Assembly: GCA_032718475.1 (NCBI GenBank)
Contig: JAUCBJ010008489.1
Location: forward strand, 1 to 39,302
Direction of reading: 5' to 3'
DNA: 39,302 bases
From: Nemertoderma westbladi
Lineage: Eukaryota > Animalia > Xenacoelomorpha
This document shows positions 23,485 to 34,355 of this stretch, one piece after another. The number at the start of each line of letters is the position of its first letter. The first letter of the stretch is position 1. The notes under the pieces are model-generated. The model made no database searches and was not told the origin of the DNA. It saw only the letters and a program-made list of their open reading frames with translations. The position numbers and the translations under genes were made by a program.

Positions 23485-23960
23485 GACCAAAGATAAAGAT
23501 GAGTCGAGAGAAAGGAACGACACCGCCGCGGACCCCGGACGACGATCTAACGATCCGCGAGGCCACGGCGAGACGATACGAACCCACGACGCCGGTCGAT
23601 GCTACGCCGACCACGTCGACGCAGGTTGACGCCACGTCGAAAACGAGCAACACGGCGAACCAAGATGTGGGGGGTCGTCTACCAGGAGAGAGCGAGTCGA
23701 GTAGAGGAGACGAGTCGGGAGGAGAAGAGAAAGACGAGTCGACGCGGAGCGAGGGTCGACATACCGATGTCACCGGCCAGCCACAGGCCGAGGACGACGA
23801 ACGGTCCACCGGAACGGCGACGGTGGGGCCGTCGGTACGACGTCGAACCCGGAGAGATGGAGGAGAGGTCGGCGACGAGGACGTCGGGGTTTCTGATCGA
23901 CTTCGACGGGCCTACCTCGCGACCCGAGAGCGACTGAGAGAGGCCAAAGGAGGGGCGAAG
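23485..23960 (+). mobile_element. Truncated second (tandem) copy of the element's internal 5' region
   Basis: Near-identical to 17187-17665; ORF MSREKGTTPPRTPDDD repeated. Confidence 0.93.
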
Positions 23961-23962
23961 AT

Positions 23963-24190
23963 TGTCATTATTGAGGAGCTTTTCAAAGTGGGCTTTCCAA
24001 CCATTGAGGCGATCGGCTGGTGATTCAGCCTTAACCTTGGTGGTTGGTTGGCTTTTCCGCCCAGTAAGCAGATTGATCGATTTCCATGCCTGGGATGATT
24101 GCCTGCTGTCGTCAGCATCATTGATGGCATCAACCTGTTGGTTTATTAGCTCCTGTAGATTAGCAGAGTACTGCCTGTTCAGGTTCCTAG
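23963..24190 (-). pseudogene. Inverted RTE LINE fragment
   Basis: Reverse complement matches ~28536-28761 at high identity. Confidence 0.92.
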
Positions 24191-24420
24191 GTAGACACCT
24201 CTAGCGTCTGTAAGATAAAGGTTGGTGAATATGAAAAATACTGGTTGCTGAAAAATTGCGATTTGAAAAATAGTAGAAGTTACCTGTAGACACCTCTAGC
24301 GTCTGTAAAATAAAGGTTGGTAAATATGAAAATACTGGTTGCTGAAAAATTGCGATTTGAAAAATAGTAGAAGTTACCTGATGCTAAGTGTAGACACTCG
24401 AACACCTGTAAAATAAAGGC
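24191..24420. repeat. 95-bp tandem duplication plus partial third copy
   Basis: GTAGACACCTCTAGCGTCTGTAA...GTAGAAGTTACCT at 24191 and 24286. Confidence 0.88.
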
Positions 24421-24654
24421 TTATGATTGGACGGATGAGTAGCGTTGGGGGACTAATAACGCCTCTAGCGGAAGATGCGGGAACTTGAGAAGTTGCCATG
24501 GATACGGATTAAATGCTGACATCTGATTGGTTGAAATAATAACGACCACCGCTAAAGGTTGAAATAGTGGCTTCTGATTGGACAGAGTACCAGAAATGGA
24601 CGGTAATGATGGGCTACGGGTGACCATTATCCAGTGTCATAGTATTGTATACTA

Positions 24655-25642
24655 CTGTCCGGTTATATTACAGGCACGAGCGTGCATGAGGAAAATTTGG
24701 TTGTCCGACTTAGAGTGGGACGAACCAATATCTCCTATACATGCAAAGCAGTGGAGGGAGTGGGAAGCCGAGTTGCATCTATTGAAAAATATAGATGTAC
24801 CCCGTTCCTACTTTCCAAATCAGCTGGTATTCCCAGCTGATTTAGAACTGCACCTGTTCAGTGACGCAAGTGACACCGGCTTTGGTATGGTAGCCTACCT
24901 TCGCCGAGAGGTAAGTCAGGACAAGTTTGAGACGGCTTTTGTGACTTCTAGATCAAAGACAATGCCGGTCAAATACATGACTGTCCCTCGTGCAGAGTTA
25001 CAGGCGGCTGTAGTCTCAGTCGAGGTAAGTAAGCAGATAACTGAGGAGTTAGACACGACATTGACCTTATTCTATTGGACGGACGCATCCTTGGTGTTAG
25101 TATACATTGCGGCCGACAATATTGCACTAAAGACATTTGTGGCCAACAGACGCACTCAGATCGTCGACTTTTCGACGAAGGAACAATGGAGACATTGTCC
25201 GGGAGTGTTGAACCCGGCCGACATAACTTCGAGAGGTGCAATGCCGGCGGAATTCTGTCAGGAAGAGTCGCAGGAGTTTTGGTTGCATGGACCTGATTTT
25301 CTAACGAGGACACAGGAACATTGGCCAGAGCGACTAAAGATTGTGACCAATCCGATGCCTGAAGATGCAGAAGTCAAGGTGGAGAAAGTCTCTAAGTCGA
25401 AGTCTAAAGCCAAACTCAAGTCATTGGAGCGGCCTGAAGAGTCATTGGAGCGGCCTGAAGAGTCATTGGAGCGGCCCGGAGACCTGTCAGACCAACAGAC
25501 TTACGTGACTACTAGGTCCGGAAGGGTAAGTTACGACGTAAAACCACCCTTACAGACTAAACCGGAGTCACAATTGGTAAGTGACGGACAGAAAATGACC
25601 GGATGGAGTCTTTGGTTTCCAAACCTGCGGGTTTGGATTTGA
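24655..25642 (+). pseudogene. BEL/Pao pol: RT connection and RNase H, 5'-truncated
   Basis: LEWDEPI, LHLFSDASDTGFGMVAYLR, TVPRAELQAA, FYWTDAS, FVANR, WRHCPGVLNPADITSRG, FWLHGPDFL. Confidence 0.95.
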
Positions 25643-27282
25643 AACTTCCATTAATTAGCGGACAACCGTCGCTGGCATTAGAGCCATGTAGTATTTATGA
25701 CAAATTACTAAATTCGTCTGCCTCTTGGCTGACAATTTGTAAAAGAACTGCGTGGTTAAGCCGATACATTTTGTACCTTTGTTTAAAACATTCGAAACAT
25801 TTGAGAGAACCATTGAGCACCAATAGTGAGCGAAATCGGAAATTGAAACAACCTCTGACAGAGGATGAGATTGATCAAGCGGAATTAAAGCATTTGAAAC
25901 ATTATCAAGTGTGTGCCTTCCCAAAGGAATTCAATCTATTATTGGCTCAACGACCAGTTCTCTATAAACCCCTTAGAAAATGGAGTCCATTAATCCATAA
26001 GGGTTTAATTTGTCATAGATCGAGAATCCAGACTGTCGACATAAACTCACAGTTTCGGTTCCCAGTGATAATCCCTAGTCACCCAATAGAATTGCAAAGA
26101 GCGATTCTATGGGATATACACAAGAGGTTGCATCACGCGGGAAAGTTACACTGTCTGTCGGCAGCGAGACAGCGATTCATTCTATTGCAGCCAAGCAGGG
26201 CAGTCGGCACTATGTATGACGCCTGTCTGGTTTGCAAGAGGGTGAATGCCAGAGTATTGGAACAGGAGATGGCTGAACTCCCGGAAGCGAGAGTGCAGGC
26301 ATATGACCCACCCTTTACGAACACAGGGGTGGATTGTTTTGGTCCGATTGAAGCAAAGAGTGGACGGCTGACCCACAAGCGATGGGGTCTGCTACTGACA
26401 TGCATGGCTAGTAGAGCCATACACATTGAGCGTGTGGCAGACATGTCGACCAAATCTCTGCTCCTGGCCTTAAAGAGATTTATGGCCAGGAGAGGACTAG
26501 TAAAGGCGTTCTACTCCGATAAGGGTACAAACTTTGTCGGAGGGAATAGCGAGTTAAACGCGGCTCATAAAGCGGCACAGAATAAAGAAATTTCTGCAGC
26601 ACTTTTGCCGCAAAGAGTAGAGTGGAGATTCAATACTCCAGAAAGTCCTTGGAGAGGAGGAAGTTGGGAGAGTTTAGTTCGCTCTGTAAAGCAGGCCATT
26701 GCCAAGACGTTGCCTGTAAACAAACAACTTACCGACGACGAACTGGTCACAGCTTTCATTGAAATCGAGCATACCCTAAACTCGAGGCCGATAGCTATGT
26801 TGCCAGACGGTGTTGCATTAACGCCGAATCATTTGCTAATGCAGAGTCCAGCATTTCTTGTGCCGGCATCAGAACCCGTTAGTGCCGACCTATATAGTCG
26901 TAAGAGCTGGAAAATGACTCAATTAGTCGCGTACACATTCTGGGAATATTGGCGGGAATACTATCTTCCCACCATATCCACCAGAACAAAGTGGTACAAA
27001 ACGGTTCAGAGTCTCCAAAGGGGAGATTACGTACTGATAACCGAGCCGATTGTCAAGAGAAAGTATTGGGAGACAGGATTGATCTTGCACACACACCCAG
27101 ACGTGCAAAACATAGTGCGCACAGTCACTGTGAAAATTAGGTGCAAGTGTCCGCACCCAAAAAAGTGTAAAACTAATGGTTTACACACCTTGGACCGACC
27201 GGTCCAAGATATTGTGTTATTAGAGGAGACACGTATCGAGACGGGAGATTATAATTTGTCTCCTGCCTCTAAACTGAATTAG
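25603..27282 (+). CDS. BEL/Pao integrase (HHCC + DDE core + C-terminal domain)
   Basis: H..LHHAG..CLVC, PFTNTGVDCFGP, TCMASRAIHIE, YSDKGTNFVG, SPWRGGSWESLVRSVK, LNSRPI, LTPNHLL, FWEYWREYYL; in the -1 frame relative to the RNase H ORF. Confidence 0.95.
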   Translation: MESLVSKPAGLDLKLPLISGQPSLALEPCSIYDKLLNSSASWLTICKRTAWLSRYILYLCLKHSKHLREPLSTNSERNRKLKQPLTEDEIDQAELKHLKHYQVCAFPKEFNLLLAQRPVLYKPLRKWSPLIHKGLICHRSRIQTVDINSQFRFPVIIPSHPIELQRAILWDIHKRLHHAGKLHCLSAARQRFILLQPSRAVGTMYDACLVCKRVNARVLEQEMAELPEARVQAYDPPFTNTGVDCFGPIEAKSGRLTHKRWGLLLTCMASRAIHIERVADMSTKSLLLALKRFMARRGLVKAFYSDKGTNFVGGNSELNAAHKAAQNKEISAALLPQRVEWRFNTPESPWRGGSWESLVRSVKQAIAKTLPVNKQLTDDELVTAFIEIEHTLNSRPIAMLPDGVALTPNHLLMQSPAFLVPASEPVSADLYSRKSWKMTQLVAYTFWEYWREYYLPTISTRTKWYKTVQSLQRGDYVLITEPIVKRKYWETGLILHTHPDVQNIVRTVTVKIRCKCPHPKKCKTNGLHTLDRPVQDIVLLEETRIETGDYNLSPASKLN

Positions 27283-28049
27283 TGTTGGGCGCAACTCACT
27301 TCGTATGCATTCCTCGTATGCAAATACAAGGAAATGCATAGGAGCGGGGTTGTGGTGATTTGCGTTGAGTTTTGTCTAGTGGGTATCAAAACAAAATTTT
27401 ATTCTCAAAATTTTTGGAAAAAATTAAAATTTTAAAAAATTAGAAGTGAACCCAAGACAATTCCAGACGCTGTGTATAGACGCATTTTGAATTCGTCTAT
27501 AGATAAACAGTAATTTGAAAAGTCGTGAAGCCTGGAAAATAGCATTTAGAAACCATGGTGACGGCTATATTACGTAGGAGTGTAAATTGAGTTTAGCAAC
27601 TTCCACGGATTGGTGCCAACAGTGCAACTAAGGTGCTAAAGGTTAGTAGCACCAGAGGCGTACATGGACCCCACTCAGTAGTTCGCAGGATGTGTGATGT
27701 TCGATTATCACCTGTGGGAACCTGTGGGTTTGGTATAGTCGAGTATTGTGGCTATAGTCCTTTCTAACTACTGTAGTTTAGTACGAGTAATGGGAGTAGT
27801 TTGGGCATCAAAAAGTGAGTTGGTCATGGCCAGTTTATCTCCAAAGTTTTTGCGCTATGCATGGGAATAGGTTAGAGGATAGTTAGTTAGGAAGAGACGG
27901 GATCTAGAGAGTCGAACCTGAACTGTTGGAAGGCGGGGGGGGGGTTCGGGAGGTCTGTCCTTCGGCGACATCTAACTGATTTACCCACAGTGTAATTGGT
28001 TACGTAACGGCACTTATTGGGATATATATATGTATATACGCGAGGCATA

Positions 28050-28163
28050 ATGGAGAGGGATATTAGAGCGCAACCGCACAGAGGATTTACTGCCAGAGAG
28101 GAGGCGGAGCTACCATTCGCGCGACCAGGATGTAAAGACTCTAACGTTTACTACCATGGGCGG
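28050..28163 (+). pseudogene. N-terminus of the BEL accessory ORF, cut off by RTE insertion
   Basis: MERDIRAQPHRGFTAREEAELPFARPGCKDSNVYYHGR joins in frame to SVMELNGKYK at 30431 after removing the RTE and one TSD. Confidence 0.8.
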
Positions 28164-30418
28164 CATACCGCCTTATTGTGGCCAAGGTAAGACTTAGTCT
28201 GCGTGCTAGCAGAACAACGAAATCTGCCTTGCCGCGGCATGACTGGTCCTCTCTGTTGCAACAGCCAAGTGTGAGATCCAGCTTCACACTACAGCTGAGC
28301 AACAGGTATGAGGCTCTTGCCTCTGAGGCGGCAGATCACTGTGAGGGCTATACTGCCTTTACAGAAGCAGTTAAGTTAGCAGCTGCAGAAACAGTTCCTG
28401 TATACCCTCGAAACAGGAAAAGGGCCCCCTGGACTGACAACAAAATTCAGAAGTGCCGAAATGACCTTCATAAGGCGCAGAAAGAGTCCCGACTCAAACA
28501 GACTACAGCGGCCAAGAATGCAGTTAAGGCTGCATCTAGGTCCCTGAACAGGCAGTACTCTGTTAATCTACAGGAGCTAATAAACCAACAGGTTGATGCC
28601 ATCAATGATGCTGACGACAGCAGGCAATCATCCCAGGCATGGAAATCAATCAATCTGCTTACTGGGCGGAAAAGCCAACCAACCACCAAGGTTAAGGCTG
28701 AATCACCAGCCGATCGCCTCAATGGTTGGAAAGCCCACTTTGAAAAGCTCCTCAATAATAACAGGGTATTGCCTGATAACTTTATAGAAGTAAAAGTGTC
28801 TGAGTCTGTACTCCCAGATATTCCTATTGGCGATATCTCCTTTGCAGAAGTGCAGGCTGCTGCAAAGAGCATTAAGACCAATCGTGCCAGTGGAGTAGAT
28901 GGTGTTCCCCCTGAGGTCTTTAAAATACCTGAGTGTTTAAAGCTCATCTATCCCATCATAGTAGACATGTACCGAACAACAAGAGTCCCACAAGAAATGA
29001 AAACAAATAAGTTGGTGCCAGTTCCCAAGAAGGGCAACCTAACACTCTATGGTTCTTTTCGGGGAATCTCATTGATCTCGATTGCTGCAAAGCTATACAA
29101 TAGGATTCTATTAAATCGCATCAGGGATCCCATTGAGAGACTGCTCCGTGGAAATCAGAATGGGTTCCGTAAAGGTCGTGGGACCATGGAGCCCATTTTG
29201 GCACTTAGAAGGATAATTGAAGAATTATCAAAAAAGAAAGACAGGCATCTGGCTGTTATCTTTGTTGACTTCTTCAAGGCCTTTGATTCAGTCTCTCGCT
29301 CACGTATGTTCAGCATACTTTCATTATATGGGATTCCTGATGAAATTATTGCAGCAATCAGATCAGTATACGATGGTTCGACAACATTTGTGTCTACTGT
29401 TGACGGTGACACAGAACCATTTGAAGTGTTATGGGGCGTCCTCCAAGGAGACACACTTGCACCATTCTTGTTCATTATTGTGGTTGACTATGTTCTACGC
29501 ATGTCCTTAGATCATCATAATGATGATGGGGTGATGATAACTCCACCTACTGGCTCCAGAAGTCGAGGAAATCCTGCCAAGTACCTAACTGATCTAGACT
29601 TTGCTGATGACTTAGGAGTACTCTCAGAATCATTAGAGGGAGCCCAACGGCTCCTCAGCTCATTAGAACATGCTGCTTCTAGTGTTGGTCTTTTTATTAA
29701 CTCCAGAAAGACCAAAGTTCTGACCGTTAACTTTGAAAGTCCTCAGCAAGTCTCTGATCGGATGAGCATAAGCTCAAAGGATGGTATGCTTGAGCATGTG
29801 GACGACTTCTGTTACCTGGGATCATGGATCCGGAAGTCAGGTGAGGACCTTCGAATACGTAAGGGAAAGGCATGGGCAGCCTTGAATAGGCTTTCCAGGA
29901 TTTGGAAGTCACCGAGAATTAATCGGAAACTTAAGGTCCGATTATTTAGAGCAGCAGTAGTTCCAGTACTCCTCTATGGGAGTCCATGCTGGGCTCTAAC
30001 TGCTGAGGACACCAAATCTCTGGATGGCACATTCACAAGAATGCTACGCCGGGTTCATTGTGTCAAGTACAATGCACACATCTCCAACCAGACACTATAT
30101 AACATTGGAGGTGTCTCATTGGTTCCCCCAAGCTTGACACTAGAACAAAACCGCCTCCGCTTTGCAGGACATTGCTTTCGCCGTAAGGACCAGCCAGTGC
30201 ATAATCTTGTACTTTGGCAGCCTCATGGAGTGAATAAGCATGGTGGACAGCCCATGACTTTCTTGAGACGCATCTTAAAGGACACTGGCCTTAAAGATGC
30301 GGATGATCTAGCAAATGTCATGGGTGATAGGGAGTTGTGGCGGTGCAATTTTGTTGACAAGCCGGCACAGCATTCTTAAAAATGCAGCTGCAATGCAGCA
30401 TGCCGATCCTAGTAGTAG
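28164..30418 (+). mobile_element. Young 5'-truncated RTE-clade LINE
   Basis: 12-bp TSD TACCATGGGCGG (28152-28163 and 30419-30430), (TAG)n tail, short 3' UTR. Confidence 0.95.
28178..30379 (+). CDS. RTE non-LTR reverse transcriptase ORF (endonuclease lost by 5' truncation)
   Basis: PVPKKG, FRGISLISIAAKLYNRIL, QNGFRKGR, FVDFFKAFDSV, GVLQGDTLAPFLF, DFADD, FCYLGS, RLRFAGHCFR; 733 aa uninterrupted. Confidence 0.95.
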   Translation: MAKVRLSLRASRTTKSALPRHDWSSLLQQPSVRSSFTLQLSNRYEALASEAADHCEGYTAFTEAVKLAAAETVPVYPRNRKRAPWTDNKIQKCRNDLHKAQKESRLKQTTAAKNAVKAASRSLNRQYSVNLQELINQQVDAINDADDSRQSSQAWKSINLLTGRKSQPTTKVKAESPADRLNGWKAHFEKLLNNNRVLPDNFIEVKVSESVLPDIPIGDISFAEVQAAAKSIKTNRASGVDGVPPEVFKIPECLKLIYPIIVDMYRTTRVPQEMKTNKLVPVPKKGNLTLYGSFRGISLISIAAKLYNRILLNRIRDPIERLLRGNQNGFRKGRGTMEPILALRRIIEELSKKKDRHLAVIFVDFFKAFDSVSRSRMFSILSLYGIPDEIIAAIRSVYDGSTTFVSTVDGDTEPFEVLWGVLQGDTLAPFLFIIVVDYVLRMSLDHHNDDGVMITPPTGSRSRGNPAKYLTDLDFADDLGVLSESLEGAQRLLSSLEHAASSVGLFINSRKTKVLTVNFESPQQVSDRMSISSKDGMLEHVDDFCYLGSWIRKSGEDLRIRKGKAWAALNRLSRIWKSPRINRKLKVRLFRAAVVPVLLYGSPCWALTAEDTKSLDGTFTRMLRRVHCVKYNAHISNQTLYNIGGVSLVPPSLTLEQNRLRFAGHCFRRKDQPVHNLVLWQPHGVNKHGGQPMTFLRRILKDTGLKDADDLANVMGDRELWRCNFVDKPAQHS

Positions 30419-30430
30419 TACCATGGGCGG

Positions 30431-33400
30431 TCCGTGATGGAGCTAAATGGAAAATACAAGCTGAGTTATGATAAGGAATTACGGAGGGAAAGAATGAGAG
30501 CGTTGGGGGACCGGATGGAAGTTTTGCGGAGAGAGTATCGCACGCGGTATCCCTACGACTTCGCTTTGGACGTGTGCGACATTAGCGCAGATCCGGACGA
30601 GGAAATCGCACGACTATACCATATGAATATGTATTTACGACACGAGGAGCCTCTACCTGCAGTCCGAGATCAGTTCGACGGAATGCATCTGTACCGGAGG
30701 ACTCGAGGTGAGGATCAGGAGACGCCGAAAGTCTTCAGCGTGTACAAGCTGTTCTACAAGTATGGTCAATGCATGAATAAGCAGGACGTGGCGATTCCCG
30801 ACCGATTAGACGAGCAACATCCAGAACCGATATTAACGCGATGTCCAGCTCACCAATTCCTTAGATACAACGAGGGAGGTTACCCGATGAGCAACCCGAT
30901 GATCAGTATCGACTTCAGCGGAAAGCGACCTCCGAGACCCATTACGCCGACCGTTACGACATTGGATCCGTATACGGAGATTAAACCCTGTTCGACACCC
31001 AGTTTGATAGAGACGGCAGCGGCCATTTCGCTGTACCGAGCCTACAAGGATCTAGAGGCGCGGCGCAAAGCGGCGCGGGACTCGGGTACCAAACCCGCGG
31101 GTTTGGAGCTCTCGAGTCCCTGGACTGCGTTTACTTCACCTCACCGAGTGAGAAGCCTCACGCCTGAGCATCAGGACGACATAGACGCGTTGCGGCAGGA
31201 GGAGCGAGCAGCGAAGGCGAAAGAGTTATTTGAGAACAGGATAGCGGAGTATAATAAGACTGCGGATAGACATCAAGAGGAGACGAGGAGAGTGACCGGA
31301 TTTGTTCCACAGGTCGTATCTCAACCCGGACCGGTGTATTATTCTGACGGCACCGAACCTGCGATATTAGTAGATCATCCGGAGTCGTGAGAACGATACG
31401 ATTCTTGCTGATGGTAAGAATGGCGGACCATTGGAACGTTGACTGTCTACGGGAAGTTTTATGCGCGAAGTTCTTGCGTGATGTCCCAATGCAGATCACA
31501 GATTACGACACGTTGGATAAGATTGGAGCTCCGGGGAAGGAGAGTAAGCTATTCGGATGGTTGGATAAGTACATCAAGGTATGGGTCGTGGTGGCTACAT
31601 TCCCAGATGACGAGGAGGTAGACCAGACGTGGCTGAGGAGGAAGGGTTCTTATACCCGATATGATGACCACAAGGCTATCGAGCGCATGTGGACCCCATC
31701 AGACGAGATTCAGCGTCAGTGGAGGAAAACGGAGGAATCACTGCAGGATTGGAGGGTGATGTTCTACGACAATGAAGGAGGGTCCCATCAGGAATGTTTG
31801 ACCAGCAAGTGTATTCAAATTCGTGCGGCCGATGGTGTGACTCATGTGTTTATGCGTGTGAGGGCGGATCGAGAGAGACCGGAGCCCATCATAACGACAC
31901 AATATCGGAAGGGGAAGGATCCTAGGGAACAGATTTTGGAGGTATGCAGGCGAGGAGGTATGCACGGAGCGGAGCGTATCGACGCCAGGATGTTACCCAA
32001 GAAAGTTAGAGAGGCTATTCTCAACCAAGATTACGTCAAGGTGGGATCGGGAGTCCAGAGCGATTTGGAGAGTGACTTCAACGCCATGACTGATCTGGAA
32101 GATAGATTGCCAAGACCGTTTGTCGACACCAAGCTATTGTTGCTATGGGCACAGGATATTGGAATTTATAGGGAGTATCCCAACTCTGCCAAGACTGGTA
32201 TGGGCTTTATAGCACACTTGTTGTATAATTGGGACTTTAAGTTAAAGACGCAGAAGAAGTACGAGGAGGCGTATGGCGAATACAACACGCCACCGGGAGC
32301 GGAGTTCAAATCCCACTTCAAGCGGCAAGCGTTAGTGTATTGGAACATTTGCGCGCCACCCCGTGCGTCGCTACAATATTATTTGGTGCTTGAGTCGAAC
32401 ACGGTGACTTGTTTATTAGCGGATATCGTTGCGCGAGTTTTGAAGCGTCATCCATTGGTATTCGGAGGAGATCAATACGTTCGCTCGAAAGGGGGAATCC
32501 AATCCGACGTGATGAAGCGTTTCTTAACCCCGTTCTTCAACCAATCGTTAGAGAATACGTCGATGGTTAGGAGGTTTATCGTTAGTAGTACCTGACGTTA
32601 GTAGAGGTGTTTGGAGTAGATCTTCCGGTGGAGAAGACATATCCGAAACGAACGCGGGAGGAAATATTGGAGATAGAGGACAAGGGCGAGGATGTTTACT
32701 TTGTTCCGGATCGACAACCATTGACCGGAGAGGACGACATCGTATTAGACATTGGGAAGGAAGGAAGTGCGAAACCGATTGGAGACTCATATACGAGAGG
32801 GCCTGGTTTCCACAAGCACGTAGGTGCAAATTGTGCGGCAGCACAAGGCACAATTTAAAGTCATGCAACGCGGTAGTAGAGGCGGCGCATAAGGTCTGTC
32901 GTTGGTGTAATGAGACCGACCATTCGTTTCACACGTGCACCGTCTTCATTTCTCAATGTGGATATTGTGGGGTAAAGGGACATCGTAGCGCGAGATGTCA
33001 GCTGCGAGATGATTCCTTTCAAAACCATAGCGCTAACCTACTTCGGGAGATGTTAGATAAGTGGGAGAGTGTGTTTAATATTACCATATTCAAGCGCAGA
33101 TGCGTTGGTTACCATTTAAAGCGGGATATGGGTTTTGGGCGGTAGACCCATCGCATGTTGCGTACGAGCCATATCTACAATCGCTACCACAATATCAGGA
33201 ACTCATCCTAACTGCTCAAGACCTTCCACAGAACACTGGAGTTATCGTAGTCCGAGAATACTTCAGACAATTGAACATGGACAATAAGTACACATGGAAC
33301 TTCGTTGCTATTTGCGATCGCATCACGAAGGGTGTATTTACGGAGACTAGAAAAGTGGTACGCGCGCGAGGTGATTGGAGGATGGCGGCTATACAATACC

Positions 33401-33696
33401 GCAACGAATTCTTGTTGACTCATGTGCCAGTGGGTTCATTGACCGCTGAGAGGATACAAGAACAGAGGATCACAGCGACCACAGCGACGACCACTGGAGC
33501 TCAAGGCTCGCGGAAAGAACCAGGAGGAGAGGTCCAAGACAAGCGTCAAGTCAAGGACGATCACTATCACTCAATTATAGAAGCACAACGGTTGCAGCGC
33601 AAGGCGCAGGGAGCGTCTGAGAAAGCGCGTGTGCAACTGCATAAGGAAGAGTTGGCGGAAGCGACCACGGGAGCACGACAATTGGGACGAGGCTGA
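30431..33696 (+). pseudogene. BEL accessory ORF: unknown N-terminal region, DEDDy-like 3'-5' exonuclease, three CCHC zinc knuckles, charged tail; four -1 frameshifts
   Basis: FYDNEG (Exo I), LPKKVREAILNQDYVKVGSGVQSDLESDF (Exo II), FVDTKLL, GMGFIAHLL, YWN...LQYYLVLE (Exo III-like); CKLCGSTRHNLKSC, CRWCNETDHSFHTC, CGYCGVKGHRSARC. Confidence 0.75.
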
Positions 33697-34355
33697 GGAA
33701 GAAGCACAAGCCGAGAATCTGTCGGGGCTCAGGGAACGTCGTCGCCGGTTCCGGGGAGTGACGCCTCACGGACGCCGTCAACGGAGTCGACTGGAGGTAG
33801 ATTAGTGTATCTGGGAAGAGGGCGAAAGAGAGGAGCGAGCCCAAAGAACCCAGGAGCGGGTCGATAATACATTATAGCACAGGGCAACAGACTCTAGATA
33901 TATACATCATCGTCGCTCTGATGTATATTGTAGCATTTGGAAATCTTCGACTAGACTCATATACACTAGTTGAGTTATTTTGAATTTATATTATGAGAGA
34001 GGCGAAGGAAGTGATTGGGGAGACAAACCTGCGGGTTTGGCTTACTCCTTTCACTTGCCCTAGCAAAATTTTATATTTGATTTTGTATGTAGTAATCATT
34101 ATGTAGTAAGAACGAACGAGAAACAATATTTTGTAAATTTAATTTGTATGTAATAATCGTTAAACAGTGAGAGAGATAATATTTGTAAATTTAATTTGTA
34201 TGTAATTCATTATGCAATATCTATGGCAATATTTGTAAATAGTAGAATTATTGTGTTATTTAGATTATTTGGAAGAAATTTATTTTGTTTTGTATACATC
34301 ACCTTATACTCTTCTACAATTGGAGGGAAACATTGTATGATTTCCCTTGGAGCGG

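Noticed and set aside
30431-33696. env gene call for the ORF downstream of integrase
   Set aside because: No signal peptide, transmembrane helix or fusion-protein features; it has nuclease and zinc-knuckle motifs instead
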